In this document: one piece after another, positions 57,322 to 64,000 of the stretch
Layout: every line of letters starts with the position of its first letter
Position numbering within the stretch: the first letter of the stretch is position 1
Virus record (IMG/VR): IMGVR_UViG_3300036781_000179
Coordinates: 1 to 64,000 of that record
Reading direction: 5' to 3' (one strand)
Origin: a virus
DNA: 64,000 bases
The notes under the pieces: generated by a model
What the model was told of the DNA's origin: nothing
Databases searched by the model: none
Seen by the model: the letters and a program-made list of their open reading frames with translations, nothing else
Made by a program: the position numbers and the translations under genes

Positions 57322-57845
57322 ATGAGACTAATTTATTTAATGCATTACGAGGCATCACAAGTGATAAACGATTGTCACAAGTACAAGTAGATAGCGTGAA
57401 TGCTATTTTAGAGGCTTGTGTTAAATACCACGTTACAGAACAACGTCAAATAGCTTACATATTGGCAACGGCATTTCATGAAAGCAGATTAAAGCCAATT
57501 GAAGAAATAGGCCATGGTGCAGGCCATCCATACGGCAAGTTTATCAACGGGCATGTTTATTACGGTCGAGGCTTTGTCCAATTGACATGGAAGGATAATT
57601 ATGCAACATTTAGTAAAAGATTAAACATAGACCTTGTAAATAGGCCAGAACTGGCTTTAAACATTGAGTATGCCGCAGATATTTTGGTATTAGGTATGAG
57701 GGATGCTATGTTTACAGGAGTAGGATTATCTAAGTATCTATCAGAAACTAAAAATGATCCGTTAAATGCGAGGCGAATAGTAAACGGGATTGACTGTGCA
57801 GCCTTAATAAGAGGATATTATCAACATATTTTAAGTTCATTATAA
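57318..57845 (+). CDS. Endolysin, glycoside hydrolase family 19-like
   Basis: AYILATAFHES..PIEE.G...YYGRGFVQLTWKDNY...ARRIVNG. Confidence 0.9.
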   Translation: MNETNLFNALRGITSDKRLSQVQVDSVNAILEACVKYHVTEQRQIAYILATAFHESRLKPIEEIGHGAGHPYGKFINGHVYYGRGFVQLTWKDNYATFSKRLNIDLVNRPELALNIEYAADILVLGMRDAMFTGVGLSKYLSETKNDPLNARRIVNGIDCAALIRGYYQHILSSL

Positions 57846-58108
57846 TGGAAGATCACAAAGAGATTATTAAACTTTATTTTGCATCAGGCGTGTGTTTATG
57901 CGGATTAATACTGTTATCACTTTTGGTATGGTTACCTGTACCTCACGAGAATCAGCCTATGGCAAATTTAGCAATGGGTGCTGTTATAACATCAATCATT
58001 GGTGTACCTATTGCATTTGTGTTAGGAGGTAATCCAACAAAAAAACCGGGAGAGAACCCAACTGTTAACAATGCAGACACAGTTAATGTGAACCAAAAAC
58101 CTGAATGA
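57845..58108 (+). CDS. Two-TM holin-like protein
   Basis: Two hydrophobic helices flanking VPHENQ; follows the endolysin. Confidence 0.65.
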   Translation: MEDHKEIIKLYFASGVCLCGLILLSLLVWLPVPHENQPMANLAMGAVITSIIGVPIAFVLGGNPTKKPGENPTVNNADTVNVNQKPE

Positions 58109-58287
58109 TTGCTTTAGCCTTTATCATAGGTCTTATCATGGGACACGTTACTAAAGCCCATTTATACAGGTTTGTAGTGGATAAGTTCATTGAGCAAAGG
58201 AAACGCAGGGAACAGGAATTTGAGTGCCTTATAGGGGCTAAAAACGAGGTTATAAAGGAATTAGAAAAAAATAAAATTGCAGATTAA
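58105..58287 (+). CDS. Small membrane-anchored coiled-coil protein
   Basis: MIALAFIIGLIMG followed by a coiled coil. Confidence 0.5.
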   Translation: MIALAFIIGLIMGHVTKAHLYRFVVDKFIEQRKRREQEFECLIGAKNEVIKELEKNKIAD

Positions 58288-58306
58288 AATAATTTACGTA
58301 TCATTG
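58277..58306 (+). promoter_or_regulatory. Promoter of the tRNA operon leader (TTG...TATCATTG), leaderless
   Basis: TTG at 58277-58279; TATCATTG at 58299-58306 (one mismatch to TAnnTTTG), ending 4 nt before ATG 58311, the same spacing as at 9974 and 13170. Confidence 0.6.
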
Positions 58307-58310
58307 TACT

Positions 58311-58367
58311 ATGATTAAAACAACAACATATAGTAATTCGGATTGGTCTTTGACCGATGCAGGATAA
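58311..58367 (+). CDS. Attenuator leader peptide MIKTTTYSNSDWSLTDAG
   Basis: ATG ATT AAA ACA ACA ACA TAT AGT AAT TCG GAT TGG TCT TTG ACC GAT GCA GGA TAA; codons 4-13 are all cognate to the downstream tRNAs. Confidence 0.8.
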   Translation: MIKTTTYSNSDWSLTDAG

Positions 58368-58425
58368 CTATATGTTAAAATACATAAGAAAACCCTGCAT
58401 AGAAATATGTGGGGTTTTCTGTTTT
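58325..58425 (+). terminator. Transcription attenuator (1:2 protector, 2:3 antiterminator, 3:4 terminator)
   Basis: AACATATAGT(58325-34)/ACTATATGTT(58367-76); ATGCAGG(58357-63)/CCTGCAT(58394-400); AGAAAACCCTGCAT(58387-400)/ATGTGGGGTTTTCT(58407-20) followed by GTTTT. Confidence 0.8.
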
Positions 58426-58428
58426 AAA

Positions 58429-58463
58429 TACGTCTACTCAAAGGAGCGATAAGCAGTCTCCAA
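58429..58463 (+). pseudogene. Probable 5'-half remnant of a tRNA-Trp, ending at the anticodon loop
   Basis: ...ACTCAAAGGAGCGATAAGCAGTCTCCAA ends in CTCCAA, as in the intact tRNA-Trp anticodon loop; followed by the inverted copy TTGGAGACT. Confidence 0.45.
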
Positions 58464-58500
58464 TATTATTTATTTGGAGACTAATTTGTATATTTGCTGA

Positions 58501-58917
58501 ATGAAATGCACAAAATGTTTAGAAGAAAAATCAGAATTTGATTTCGTATTTAAAAATAAAGTAGCTAATAAAAGACACACAGTATGCGGCGTTTGTCAAA
58601 GGGAATATAAAAAGAAACATTATTATGAAAATAAACCAGCACATTATGCGCGAAATATTAAAACAAGGATAGAAATAAAAAAAATTTATGACGAAGTTAA
58701 GGATAACGCTGTATGTATAATTTGTGGTGAAAACGAAAGGTGTTGTATAGATTTTCACCATTTAGACCCAAGTAAAAAAGAGTTTAATGTGGGTAGGTTA
58801 ACAACTTATGGATCAAAAATTAAACTTATTAACGAGTTTGAAAAATGTGTACCTCTTTGTGCTAATTGCCATAGAAAACTACATGCAGGAGTAATAGAAT
58901 TAAATATCGGTGTGTAA
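58501..58917 (+). CDS. HNH endonuclease at the head of the tRNA array
   Basis: CTKC..CGVC Zn finger; CIICGE...IDFHHLDP..K.F...CVPLCANCHRKLH; own TATATTTG box at 58489. Confidence 0.88.
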   Translation: MKCTKCLEEKSEFDFVFKNKVANKRHTVCGVCQREYKKKHYYENKPAHYARNIKTRIEIKKIYDEVKDNAVCIICGENERCCIDFHHLDPSKKEFNVGRLTTYGSKIKLINEFEKCVPLCANCHRKLHAGVIELNIGV

Positions 58918-58992
58918 TCAAGTGGTCGAAGATATTGGTCTCCAAAACCAACGGTTTAAAAACCCTCGACAGTTCGAATCTGTCCACATCTG
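58908..58992 (+). tRNA. tRNA-Trp (CCA) with long variable arm
   Basis: Anticodon arm TTGGT-CTCCAAA-ACCAA; T-arm GACAG-TTCGAAT-CTGTC; acceptor CGGTGTG/CACATCT; variable arm GGTT-TAAA-AACC. Confidence 0.85.
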
Positions 58993-58997
58993 CAAAA

Positions 58998-59069
58998 GGG
59001 TAAGTAGCACAGAGGTAGTGCAAATGACTGTTAATCATTAGGTCACAGGTTCGAATCCTTTCTTGCCCT
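58998..59069 (+). tRNA. tRNA-Asn (GTT)
   Basis: GGGTAAG/CTTGCCC acceptor; AATGA-CTGTTAA-TCATT; GGTTCGAATCC. Confidence 0.9.
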
Positions 59070-59073
59070 CATT

Positions 59074-59146
59074 GCATCCTTAGTTCAATTGGTAGAACGG
59101 CTGCCTTGTAAGCAGTTGGTTGGCGGTTCGATTCCGTCAGGATGCT
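59074..59146 (+). tRNA. tRNA-Thr (TGT)
   Basis: GCATCCT/AGGATGC; GCTGC-CTTGTAA-GCAGT; GGCGG-TTCGATT-CCGTC. Confidence 0.93.
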
Positions 59147-59150
59147 CAAA

Positions 59151-59223
59151 CGTTTCGGCGCATAACGGCTGTTGCGCCTCACTGTCTATGAGGATTTAGA
59201 GGGTTCGACTCCCTTCGGGACGA
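59151..59223 (+). tRNA. tRNA-Asp (GTC)
   Basis: CGTTTCG/CGGGACG; CCTCA-CTGTCTA-TGAGG; GAGGG-TTCGACT-CCCTT. Confidence 0.85.
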
Positions 59224-59228
59224 CAAAT

Positions 59229-59311
59229 AGTAGATTAGCCAAGCGGTACGGCAACTCACTGCTAATGAGTAACACTTTCGGGTGTCGTTGGTTCGAATCC
59301 AACATCTACTA
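59229..59311 (+). tRNA. tRNA-Ser (GCT)
   Basis: AGTAGAT/ATCTACT; ACTCA-CTGCTAA-TGAGT; long variable arm ACACT-TTCG-GGTGT; GTTGG-TTCGAAT-CCAAC. Confidence 0.92.
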
Positions 59312-59317
59312 CTTAAT

Positions 59318-59404
59318 AGAGGTTCGTATGGTTGGCGTACTTATCTGTCTTGAAAACAGTGATGGGTTTAAAAGCCCGTGCAGGTTCGATCCCTGTAGCC
59401 TCTT
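59318..59404 (+). tRNA. tRNA-Ser (TGA)
   Basis: AGAGGTT/AGCCTCT; CTGT-CTTGAAA-ACAG; variable arm GGGTT-TAAA-AGCCC; GCAGG-TTCGATC-CCTGT. Confidence 0.87.
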
Positions 59405-59410
59405 CTTAAT

Positions 59411-59494
59411 CCTTTAGCGACAACGTGGGAGTGTTGTGACTGTCTGTAAAACAGTTGGTGTAAACCTTAGTAAGTTCGAATCTTACCTATTGGA
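59411..59494 (+). tRNA. tRNA-Tyr (GTA)
   Basis: ACTGT-CTGTAAA-ACAGT; variable arm GG(T)-GTAA-ACC; GTAAG-TTCGAAT-CTTAC; acceptor CCTTTAG/CTATTGG has two U-U mismatches. Confidence 0.8.
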
Positions 59495-59505
59495 CATTCA
59501 ATTAG

Positions 59506-59543
59506 AAAGCCGACACTGAATTGTACAGATGTCGGCTCATTTT
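59506..59543. terminator. Terminator closing the tRNA array (convergent with the spanin gene)
   Basis: AAAGCCGACA-CTGAATTGTACAGA-TGTCGGCTCATTTT. Confidence 0.7.
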
Positions 59544-59569
59544 CTGAAATATGCTGTGTTAGCCACTCA

Positions 59570-60133
59570 TTAAACTTTAGGTTTTTTACTTCTCAAATAA
59601 ATAACAACCACAATCAACACTACAAACACTAATATTGATATACCTATCCACTTGGCATAAGTTGTACCACTGCCTATTGCTGATGAGTTCTTGGTTTTCC
59701 CGGTACTATCCTTTTTAACTGTGGTATTGGAATCAGTTTTAGTTGTCAATACTCCTGTAGTAAAGGTAGTAACCCCTGATTGTCTACTTACGTTGCCATT
59801 GGTCTTAACGTTACTTGAATCCGAAACCTGATAATGGATTACCTTTCCTTTAGTAGGATATATAACAGTTTTAGTTCCCTGTGAGTTCTTGGTTTGAACA
59901 ATACTATCCACTTCTAACGTAGCATCCCTTGACGACCCTGTTTTAGCCTCTGTGGTTGATGATTTTGTTGATTTGGATGTATCTACCGATTGCGTGTGTA
60001 AACTGTCTGTAGTGGTCTTATTTACAGCCACAGTTGATGACTGTGATACACTTGATGTTTGGGTTGCTACCTTACGTGTCTTGCAAGCGCAAAACAGGGT
60101 GAGTATGGTACATAATGAGATAAAAGTTTTCAT
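59570..60133 (-). CDS. Putative unimolecular spanin (lipoprotein with C-terminal TM helix)
   Basis: N-terminal lipobox LFCA|C followed by KTRK; S/T-rich extended middle; C-terminal WIGISILVFVVLIVVVIYL and basic tail. Confidence 0.75.
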   Translation of the reverse strand: MKTFISLCTILTLFCACKTRKVATQTSSVSQSSTVAVNKTTTDSLHTQSVDTSKSTKSSTTEAKTGSSRDATLEVDSIVQTKNSQGTKTVIYPTKGKVIHYQVSDSSNVKTNGNVSRQSGVTTFTTGVLTTKTDSNTTVKKDSTGKTKNSSAIGSGTTYAKWIGISILVFVVLIVVVIYLRSKKPKV

Positions 60134-60295
60134 GTTTTTTATATAAAGTTAGTTATTTACTTTCATGTTCAATCCATTCAGAAATTTGTAGCAATAAATT
60201 AATGATGTAGTCAAGGCAGCAATGAACAATAACCATCACTGCTGAAACAGTTACTAATGCGGTAACAGTTATAACAAGGTGTAGGATTAGGTCAT

Positions 60296-60886
60296 TCATG
60301 GTCTTAATATTGGTATGTAACGTGTCTCTTTATGCGCACCTTTAATCCAAACAGACCATGCTACATCCATAGTTGGTTGTCCTTTTTTATCCCCTATCTT
60401 ACGTAAATGCTCCGAAAAATCAGGTCGCCACGTTAGAGGCAAAATGAACTGTGGAGGGTTTTTAGTAAACAATTCATATCTCCCTTTTGCATGCCAATAT
60501 TGAGACTTTAGCAACATACAAACAATTTTAGTCCGTTTGCATGCTACCTCTATAAACTCAGCAGATAAATTAAAAGGCGGGTTTGTGATTATAGCGTCAA
60601 ATTTATTCCAGTTCATTTGGGTTAAAAAGTTTTCCGTTGCTCCATATGAGGTGCTTATGTCGCTACTATAAACATCATGCCCATACATTTTGATGACATC
60701 GCTCATTGCGCCATTGCCGCAAGCGGGTTCATGTATTCTTAATAGGTTATCAAAATGCCAATCGCATTCTTTGTGTAAAAACTTCATTAGAGAATGGGTA
60801 ACATTTTTTGGAGTAGGATAGAAGTCTAATTCCCTCCTATTTGCTTGATCTCCACCACAAGCAATTGCTACTGCTTTATTTTTCAT
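60296..60886 (-). CDS. DNA N6-adenine (amino) methyltransferase
   Basis: DFYPTP, EPACGNG (SAM-binding), IITNPPF (catalytic). Confidence 0.88.
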   Translation of the reverse strand: MKNKAVAIACGGDQANRRELDFYPTPKNVTHSLMKFLHKECDWHFDNLLRIHEPACGNGAMSDVIKMYGHDVYSSDISTSYGATENFLTQMNWNKFDAIITNPPFNLSAEFIEVACKRTKIVCMLLKSQYWHAKGRYELFTKNPPQFILPLTWRPDFSEHLRKIGDKKGQPTMDVAWSVWIKGAHKETRYIPILRP

Positions 60887-60887
60887 G

Positions 60888-61184
60888 TTATGCTAATTTA
60901 AGTAAGGTTTCAAAGTCTTCCCGGATAGATTTTATATCAGTAACAGGGTCAACCCCTGATAACAAGTGAGTAAGTTCATGTATAAGACCATTATCAGCCA
61001 ATATCTGCACAGGTTCTAATTCCTTTACCCAACTAACAAAACAGGTAAAATGAATAATATCAGGCAACTGTTTAATAAAGTCTTCATCGGATAGCCCGTT
61101 GTAGTATTCATATAGGTGTTTTGTCTTTTTGTAAGAAAAGTCATACTGGTCCTGGTGATTACTTGGGTTGAGAATGTATTTCAT
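60888..61184 (-). CDS. hypothetical protein with an HExxH motif
   Basis: GLIHELTHLL. Confidence 0.6.
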   Translation of the reverse strand: MKYILNPSNHQDQYDFSYKKTKHLYEYYNGLSDEDFIKQLPDIIHFTCFVSWVKELEPVQILADNGLIHELTHLLSGVDPVTDIKSIREDFETLLKLA

Positions 61185-61484
61185 AATTTACTCATTAAGA
61201 TAGCACCGATCGCCAGTAGTATTGATACTTGGGTAAGGTCTATTAACTGGTTTAAGGAGGCTATTAGTTGATACTTGGTCATTATCCACTAAATGTGAAT
61301 GGTTAAATTAGGGGTTTTTAAACAACCTTATAAATGGATCTGTTTTGTAAATATAGTTCGGGTTGGCTTTGATTGAAAAACTAAACTGCTTACTTATATG
61401 TAAATGCCATTTATAGATTCTTAAATTGAAAATTAGATTACTCATTTTATTTAAATTTTGATTGTTTCTGCTGATAGGATGGGT

Positions 61485-61688
61485 TTAAAGTTTTGGCCCT
61501 TTAAGAATTGGGAATGCCTCATTAATATTAAATACCTGTTCTAACCAAATAAACAATTTTAGTTTATGATCGTTCCACCAATTAACCCCGGTTACATTCA
61601 TATCTTCATCATCTGTCATGTAAATTGGAACGCCGTACATACAGCCGTAATGTGTATACCCTTTTAATTTTGCTTCCTGTGGTGTCAT
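61485..61688 (-). CDS. hypothetical protein
   Basis: YTHYGCMYGVPIY motif typical of small phage proteins. Confidence 0.65.
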   Translation of the reverse strand: MTPQEAKLKGYTHYGCMYGVPIYMTDDEDMNVTGVNWWNDHKLKLFIWLEQVFNINEAFPILKGPKL

Positions 61689-61701
61689 TTTGATTCTTTA
61701 T

Positions 61702-62109
61702 TTAACTGGTGGGGGTTTTCAATAGGTCGGTGTAGTCAACATCTGAAATTGAATCCTTGTCAACTTTGTAATTATCAAAATCCCAACATTCTACCCTTGC
61801 ACTATTTATGATCCTGGACCTGAAAGTTTCCAATATGATCAATAACTCCTGTTCTGTATAACAGTGTTGTAATTTTTCACTTGTGTGCTTTACAAAGGCT
61901 TTAAAATTTACATTTTCAAAATTCAAAAATTCGGGCTGTGCTTTCTGCCACCTTGCACCAAGTTCAAATGCATTTCTTCTTGAATAAATTAGGTATCTAT
62001 CAATCTCCGTAATATACCCTTCATAAATTGGGAATCTTTTTTTAGCCGCTTCCTCAACTGTTTCAATTTTTGAAATTGTATCTTCTTTTTCGTTCATGAT
62101 TAAACACAT
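61702..62109 (-). CDS. hypothetical protein (EEAA...FxxGAxWQ family)
   Basis: ETVEEAAKK...AFELGARWQ...YTEQEL. Confidence 0.7.
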   Translation of the reverse strand: MCLIMNEKEDTISKIETVEEAAKKRFPIYEGYITEIDRYLIYSRRNAFELGARWQKAQPEFLNFENVNFKAFVKHTSEKLQHCYTEQELLIILETFRSRIINSARVECWDFDNYKVDKDSISDVDYTDLLKTPTS

Positions 62110-62360
62110 TTAATAAAGTCAACTTTGGGGTTAATTGGAACACCGTAGATATTAATTCCATCGTGGTCAACAACTGCTATTTTCTTTTCGTCCCAATGGT
62201 TTTTACAATACTTCCACAAATGTTCTTTCTTTTCATCCGGCCCTTTAATTATAGCCTTAAACGATTCGTCTTTTTCAGTTGGATGAACAAGAGTAGCAAT
62301 GATATATTCATCACCGCCTACGCGCTCTAATTGTACTAATTGGTATTCGTCTGTTTTCAT
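62100..62360 (-). CDS. hypothetical protein (OB-fold-like fragment)
   Basis: 86 aa ending GVPINPKV, reminiscent of a DNA-ligase OB C-terminus. Confidence 0.55.
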   Translation of the reverse strand: MKTDEYQLVQLERVGGDEYIIATLVHPTEKDESFKAIIKGPDEKKEHLWKYCKNHWDEKKIAVVDHDGINIYGVPINPKVDFIKCV

Positions 62361-62408
62361 ACTTCATTCCTTTCCCACCCGTTATTCCGGGCAGAGTGTT
62401 ATTGGGGT

Positions 62409-62621
62409 TTAAAAATTGTGCTTTACTTTTTTACCGCAGCACTTATTTACTTCTGGTGAATCCGGGAATATATTTCTGCCATCGCTTTCAATTGTTTCTA
62501 CTGTGCTACTGCCATTACCTAAATATTTAGCGACCGATTTGTACCAGCTTGCGCTACACGGCTCTTTGGCTGCTGCAAACACCTCCCCGCAAGTTTTACA
62601 TTTGATTACCTGTATTTTCAT
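62409..62621 (-). CDS. hypothetical zinc-binding protein
   Basis: KCKTCG...KCC. Confidence 0.6.
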   Translation of the reverse strand: MKIQVIKCKTCGEVFAAAKEPCSASWYKSVAKYLGNGSSTVETIESDGRNIFPDSPEVNKCCGKKVKHNF

Positions 62622-62866
62622 TATTTAATAAGTTTAAGAGTGTTTTTCAATTCCTCAATTTTTGCGGTTTTAGTAATAATATCCATCGGATCATTTTCCA
62701 AATCCGCTATCCTATCCTCAATTACTTGGATTATTTGTTGCTTTTGTTGGTCGGACATCCAGTTTGCGCCGGCTTTAAACCCTTCGTGAAATGTATAGGT
62801 ATTAGCGGGTTTATCTTTTTTGTAATATTCGGCACCGTATTTGGTTGCTGCTTCATCTATAGTCAT
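62621..62866 (-). CDS. hypothetical protein (EAA...GFKAGANW family)
   Basis: IDEAATKY...GFKAGANW. Confidence 0.7.
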   Translation of the reverse strand: MTIDEAATKYGAEYYKKDKPANTYTFHEGFKAGANWMSDQQKQQIIQVIEDRIADLENDPMDIITKTAKIEELKNTLKLIK

Positions 62867-63051
62867 GCTACTGTCCCTCCCGGTTCAATCCAATTACTTG
62901 GCTTTTTAAATTCTGATTTAAGTTCATTAGCTGAAGTATCAGCATTTAAACATGGGTAATCCTTAATACATTCAGTACCCTGTTTTATCATTTCTTTTTC
63001 TGCACAATCGCAGTTTGGTTTTGTGCATTTGGGTTGGTTGGTGTCTTGCAT
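62863..63051 (-). CDS. hypothetical Cys-rich protein
   Basis: CTKPNCDC...C...C; coupled ORF. Confidence 0.55.
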   Translation of the reverse strand: MQDTNQPKCTKPNCDCAEKEMIKQGTECIKDYPCLNADTSANELKSEFKKPSNWIEPGGTVA

Positions 63052-63053
63052 GG

Positions 63054-63701
63054 TTAAAAAAGCGTTATGGGTTCTTTAAATTTTCCCAAACAAGACATTA
63101 ATTCAATGCATAATTGTTCAGGTATTAAACTTCTGTTGTGAGCGTCTTTTCTGCCCTGTGTTCCTGTTTTAGCCCCTCTTGGTGCCGGAGCATGGTGACA
63201 ATTTTTATTACCGTTATGGCAGATTGCCCGAGGTGTCCAATCAAGGTTAGTCCATATATCTGTTGGCTTTGCCCTATCATCACCATATTGGCAATACCAA
63301 ACTGTATATCTTGTGAATTCCTGCATCCAAGGCATTTTACGGAGCATACCACGTGGATTTTCAAATGAGTAGGATATTTTAACACCCTCCCTTTTTTCCA
63401 ATTGTTTAATCAATGATATGATATATTGATTGGTATTATCACAGAAAATGGCGTAATCACTAAATGGTATAACGCCGCGTCTGTGATGAGAGATGGCCGC
63501 AATGGTATAAACAGTGCAATCAAAAGAGCAATGCACATGCCGTGTGCCGATAGGAATGTCTTCAAGTTTTAAGTTATTAGCATCCATTACTAATTGAACA
63601 CCTTCGTAAGGATGCCAATCGAGACTAAGAACCTCATGTCCTAACTTTTCAGCCGCTCGCCCAATACACCTTGCACCGGCAAATAATTCTAATACTTTCA
63701 T
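63054..63701 (-). CDS. C5-cytosine DNA methyltransferase-like protein (short form)
   Basis: VLELFAG (I), HCSFDCT (IV variant), FENPRG (VI), YCQYG..RAKPTDIWTN, RSLIP..L. Confidence 0.8.
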   Translation of the reverse strand: MKVLELFAGARCIGRAAEKLGHEVLSLDWHPYEGVQLVMDANNLKLEDIPIGTRHVHCSFDCTVYTIAAISHHRRGVIPFSDYAIFCDNTNQYIISLIKQLEKREGVKISYSFENPRGMLRKMPWMQEFTRYTVWYCQYGDDRAKPTDIWTNLDWTPRAICHNGNKNCHHAPAPRGAKTGTQGRKDAHNRSLIPEQLCIELMSCLGKFKEPITLF

Positions 63702-63703
63702 GG

Positions 63704-63955
63704 TTAAATTGATTTAGGTGGTGAGGCCGGTAAAGGCATCCAATGAGTATAGGCATCCCATTTTTCATTTGAAATAAGTGAATCATCTGATAATAAATCT
63801 ATGAAACAATCGGAATCGTCATCAATTACTAAAACTCTAACAAATGGTTCAGGCATACAATCGCTACAATTTATCCACTCCCCGAACTGTTGTTTTACTT
63901 CCGGTTGGGTAACTGGAAGTTTTTTATCTTGCGAATATAATTTTGTCGAATCCAT
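63704..63955 (-). CDS. DUF551 family protein
   Basis: WINCSDCMPE...THWMPLPASP. Confidence 0.8.
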   Translation of the reverse strand: MDSTKLYSQDKKLPVTQPEVKQQFGEWINCSDCMPEPFVRVLVIDDDSDCFIDLLSDDSLISNEKWDAYTHWMPLPASPPKSI

Positions 63956-64000
63956 ATTTTATTTCTGCTTGTTTACGTGCGTTAATAGCATCTTCTTTTA

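Noticed and set aside
59172-59417. 81-aa ORF in the track
   Set aside because: Overlaps the tRNA-Asp, Ser and Ser genes; spurious.
1-64000. Integrase/prophage boundaries or DNA polymerase
   Set aside because: No integrase, att-like host junction, host genes or DNA polymerase motifs are recognisable in this window; they could lie outside it.

Overview
This window is most of the genome of a ~34% GC tailed dsDNA phage infecting a Bacteroidota host. The host call rests on recurrent TAnnTTTG -7 promoter boxes and 'MKK...AQ' signal peptides. The structural module is podovirus-like and resembles crAss-related phages. Layout: minus-strand small early genes and DNA methyltransferases (1-8964 and 59570-64000); a ~1 kb non-coding strand-switch region (8965-9985); a plus-strand replication block (RepL-like, Cro-like HTH, DUF4373 initiator-like, T7 gp4/Twinkle-like primase-helicase, C5 MTase); a glycosyltransferase/SAM-methyltransferase cluster (20775-24959); a GroES-like co-chaperonin, terminase, portal, scaffold and major capsid; tail ring/muzzle, ejection and tail-fibre genes; a lysis cassette; and an array of 7 tRNAs. 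Main finding: upstream of the tRNA array is an unannotated 18-codon leader peptide gene (58311-58367) inside a classic 1:2 / 2:3 / 3:4 transcription attenuator. Its codons 4-13 (ACA ACA ACA TAT AGT AAT TCG GAT TGG TCT) are exactly those read by the seven downstream tRNAs: Thr-UGU, Tyr-GUA, Ser-GCU, Asn-GUU, Ser-UGA, Asp-GUC and Trp-CCA. This suggests a ribosome-stalling sensor that turns on phage tRNAs when the matching host tRNAs are depleted, for example by anticodon-nuclease defences. Other findings include a ~170-nt tRNA-like ncRNA candidate, kissing-loop/alternative-fold leaders, an HNH gene beside a tRNA-Trp half-gene remnant, and tail fibres with signal peptides. All product calls come from reading motifs by eye; no database searches or folding programs were run.
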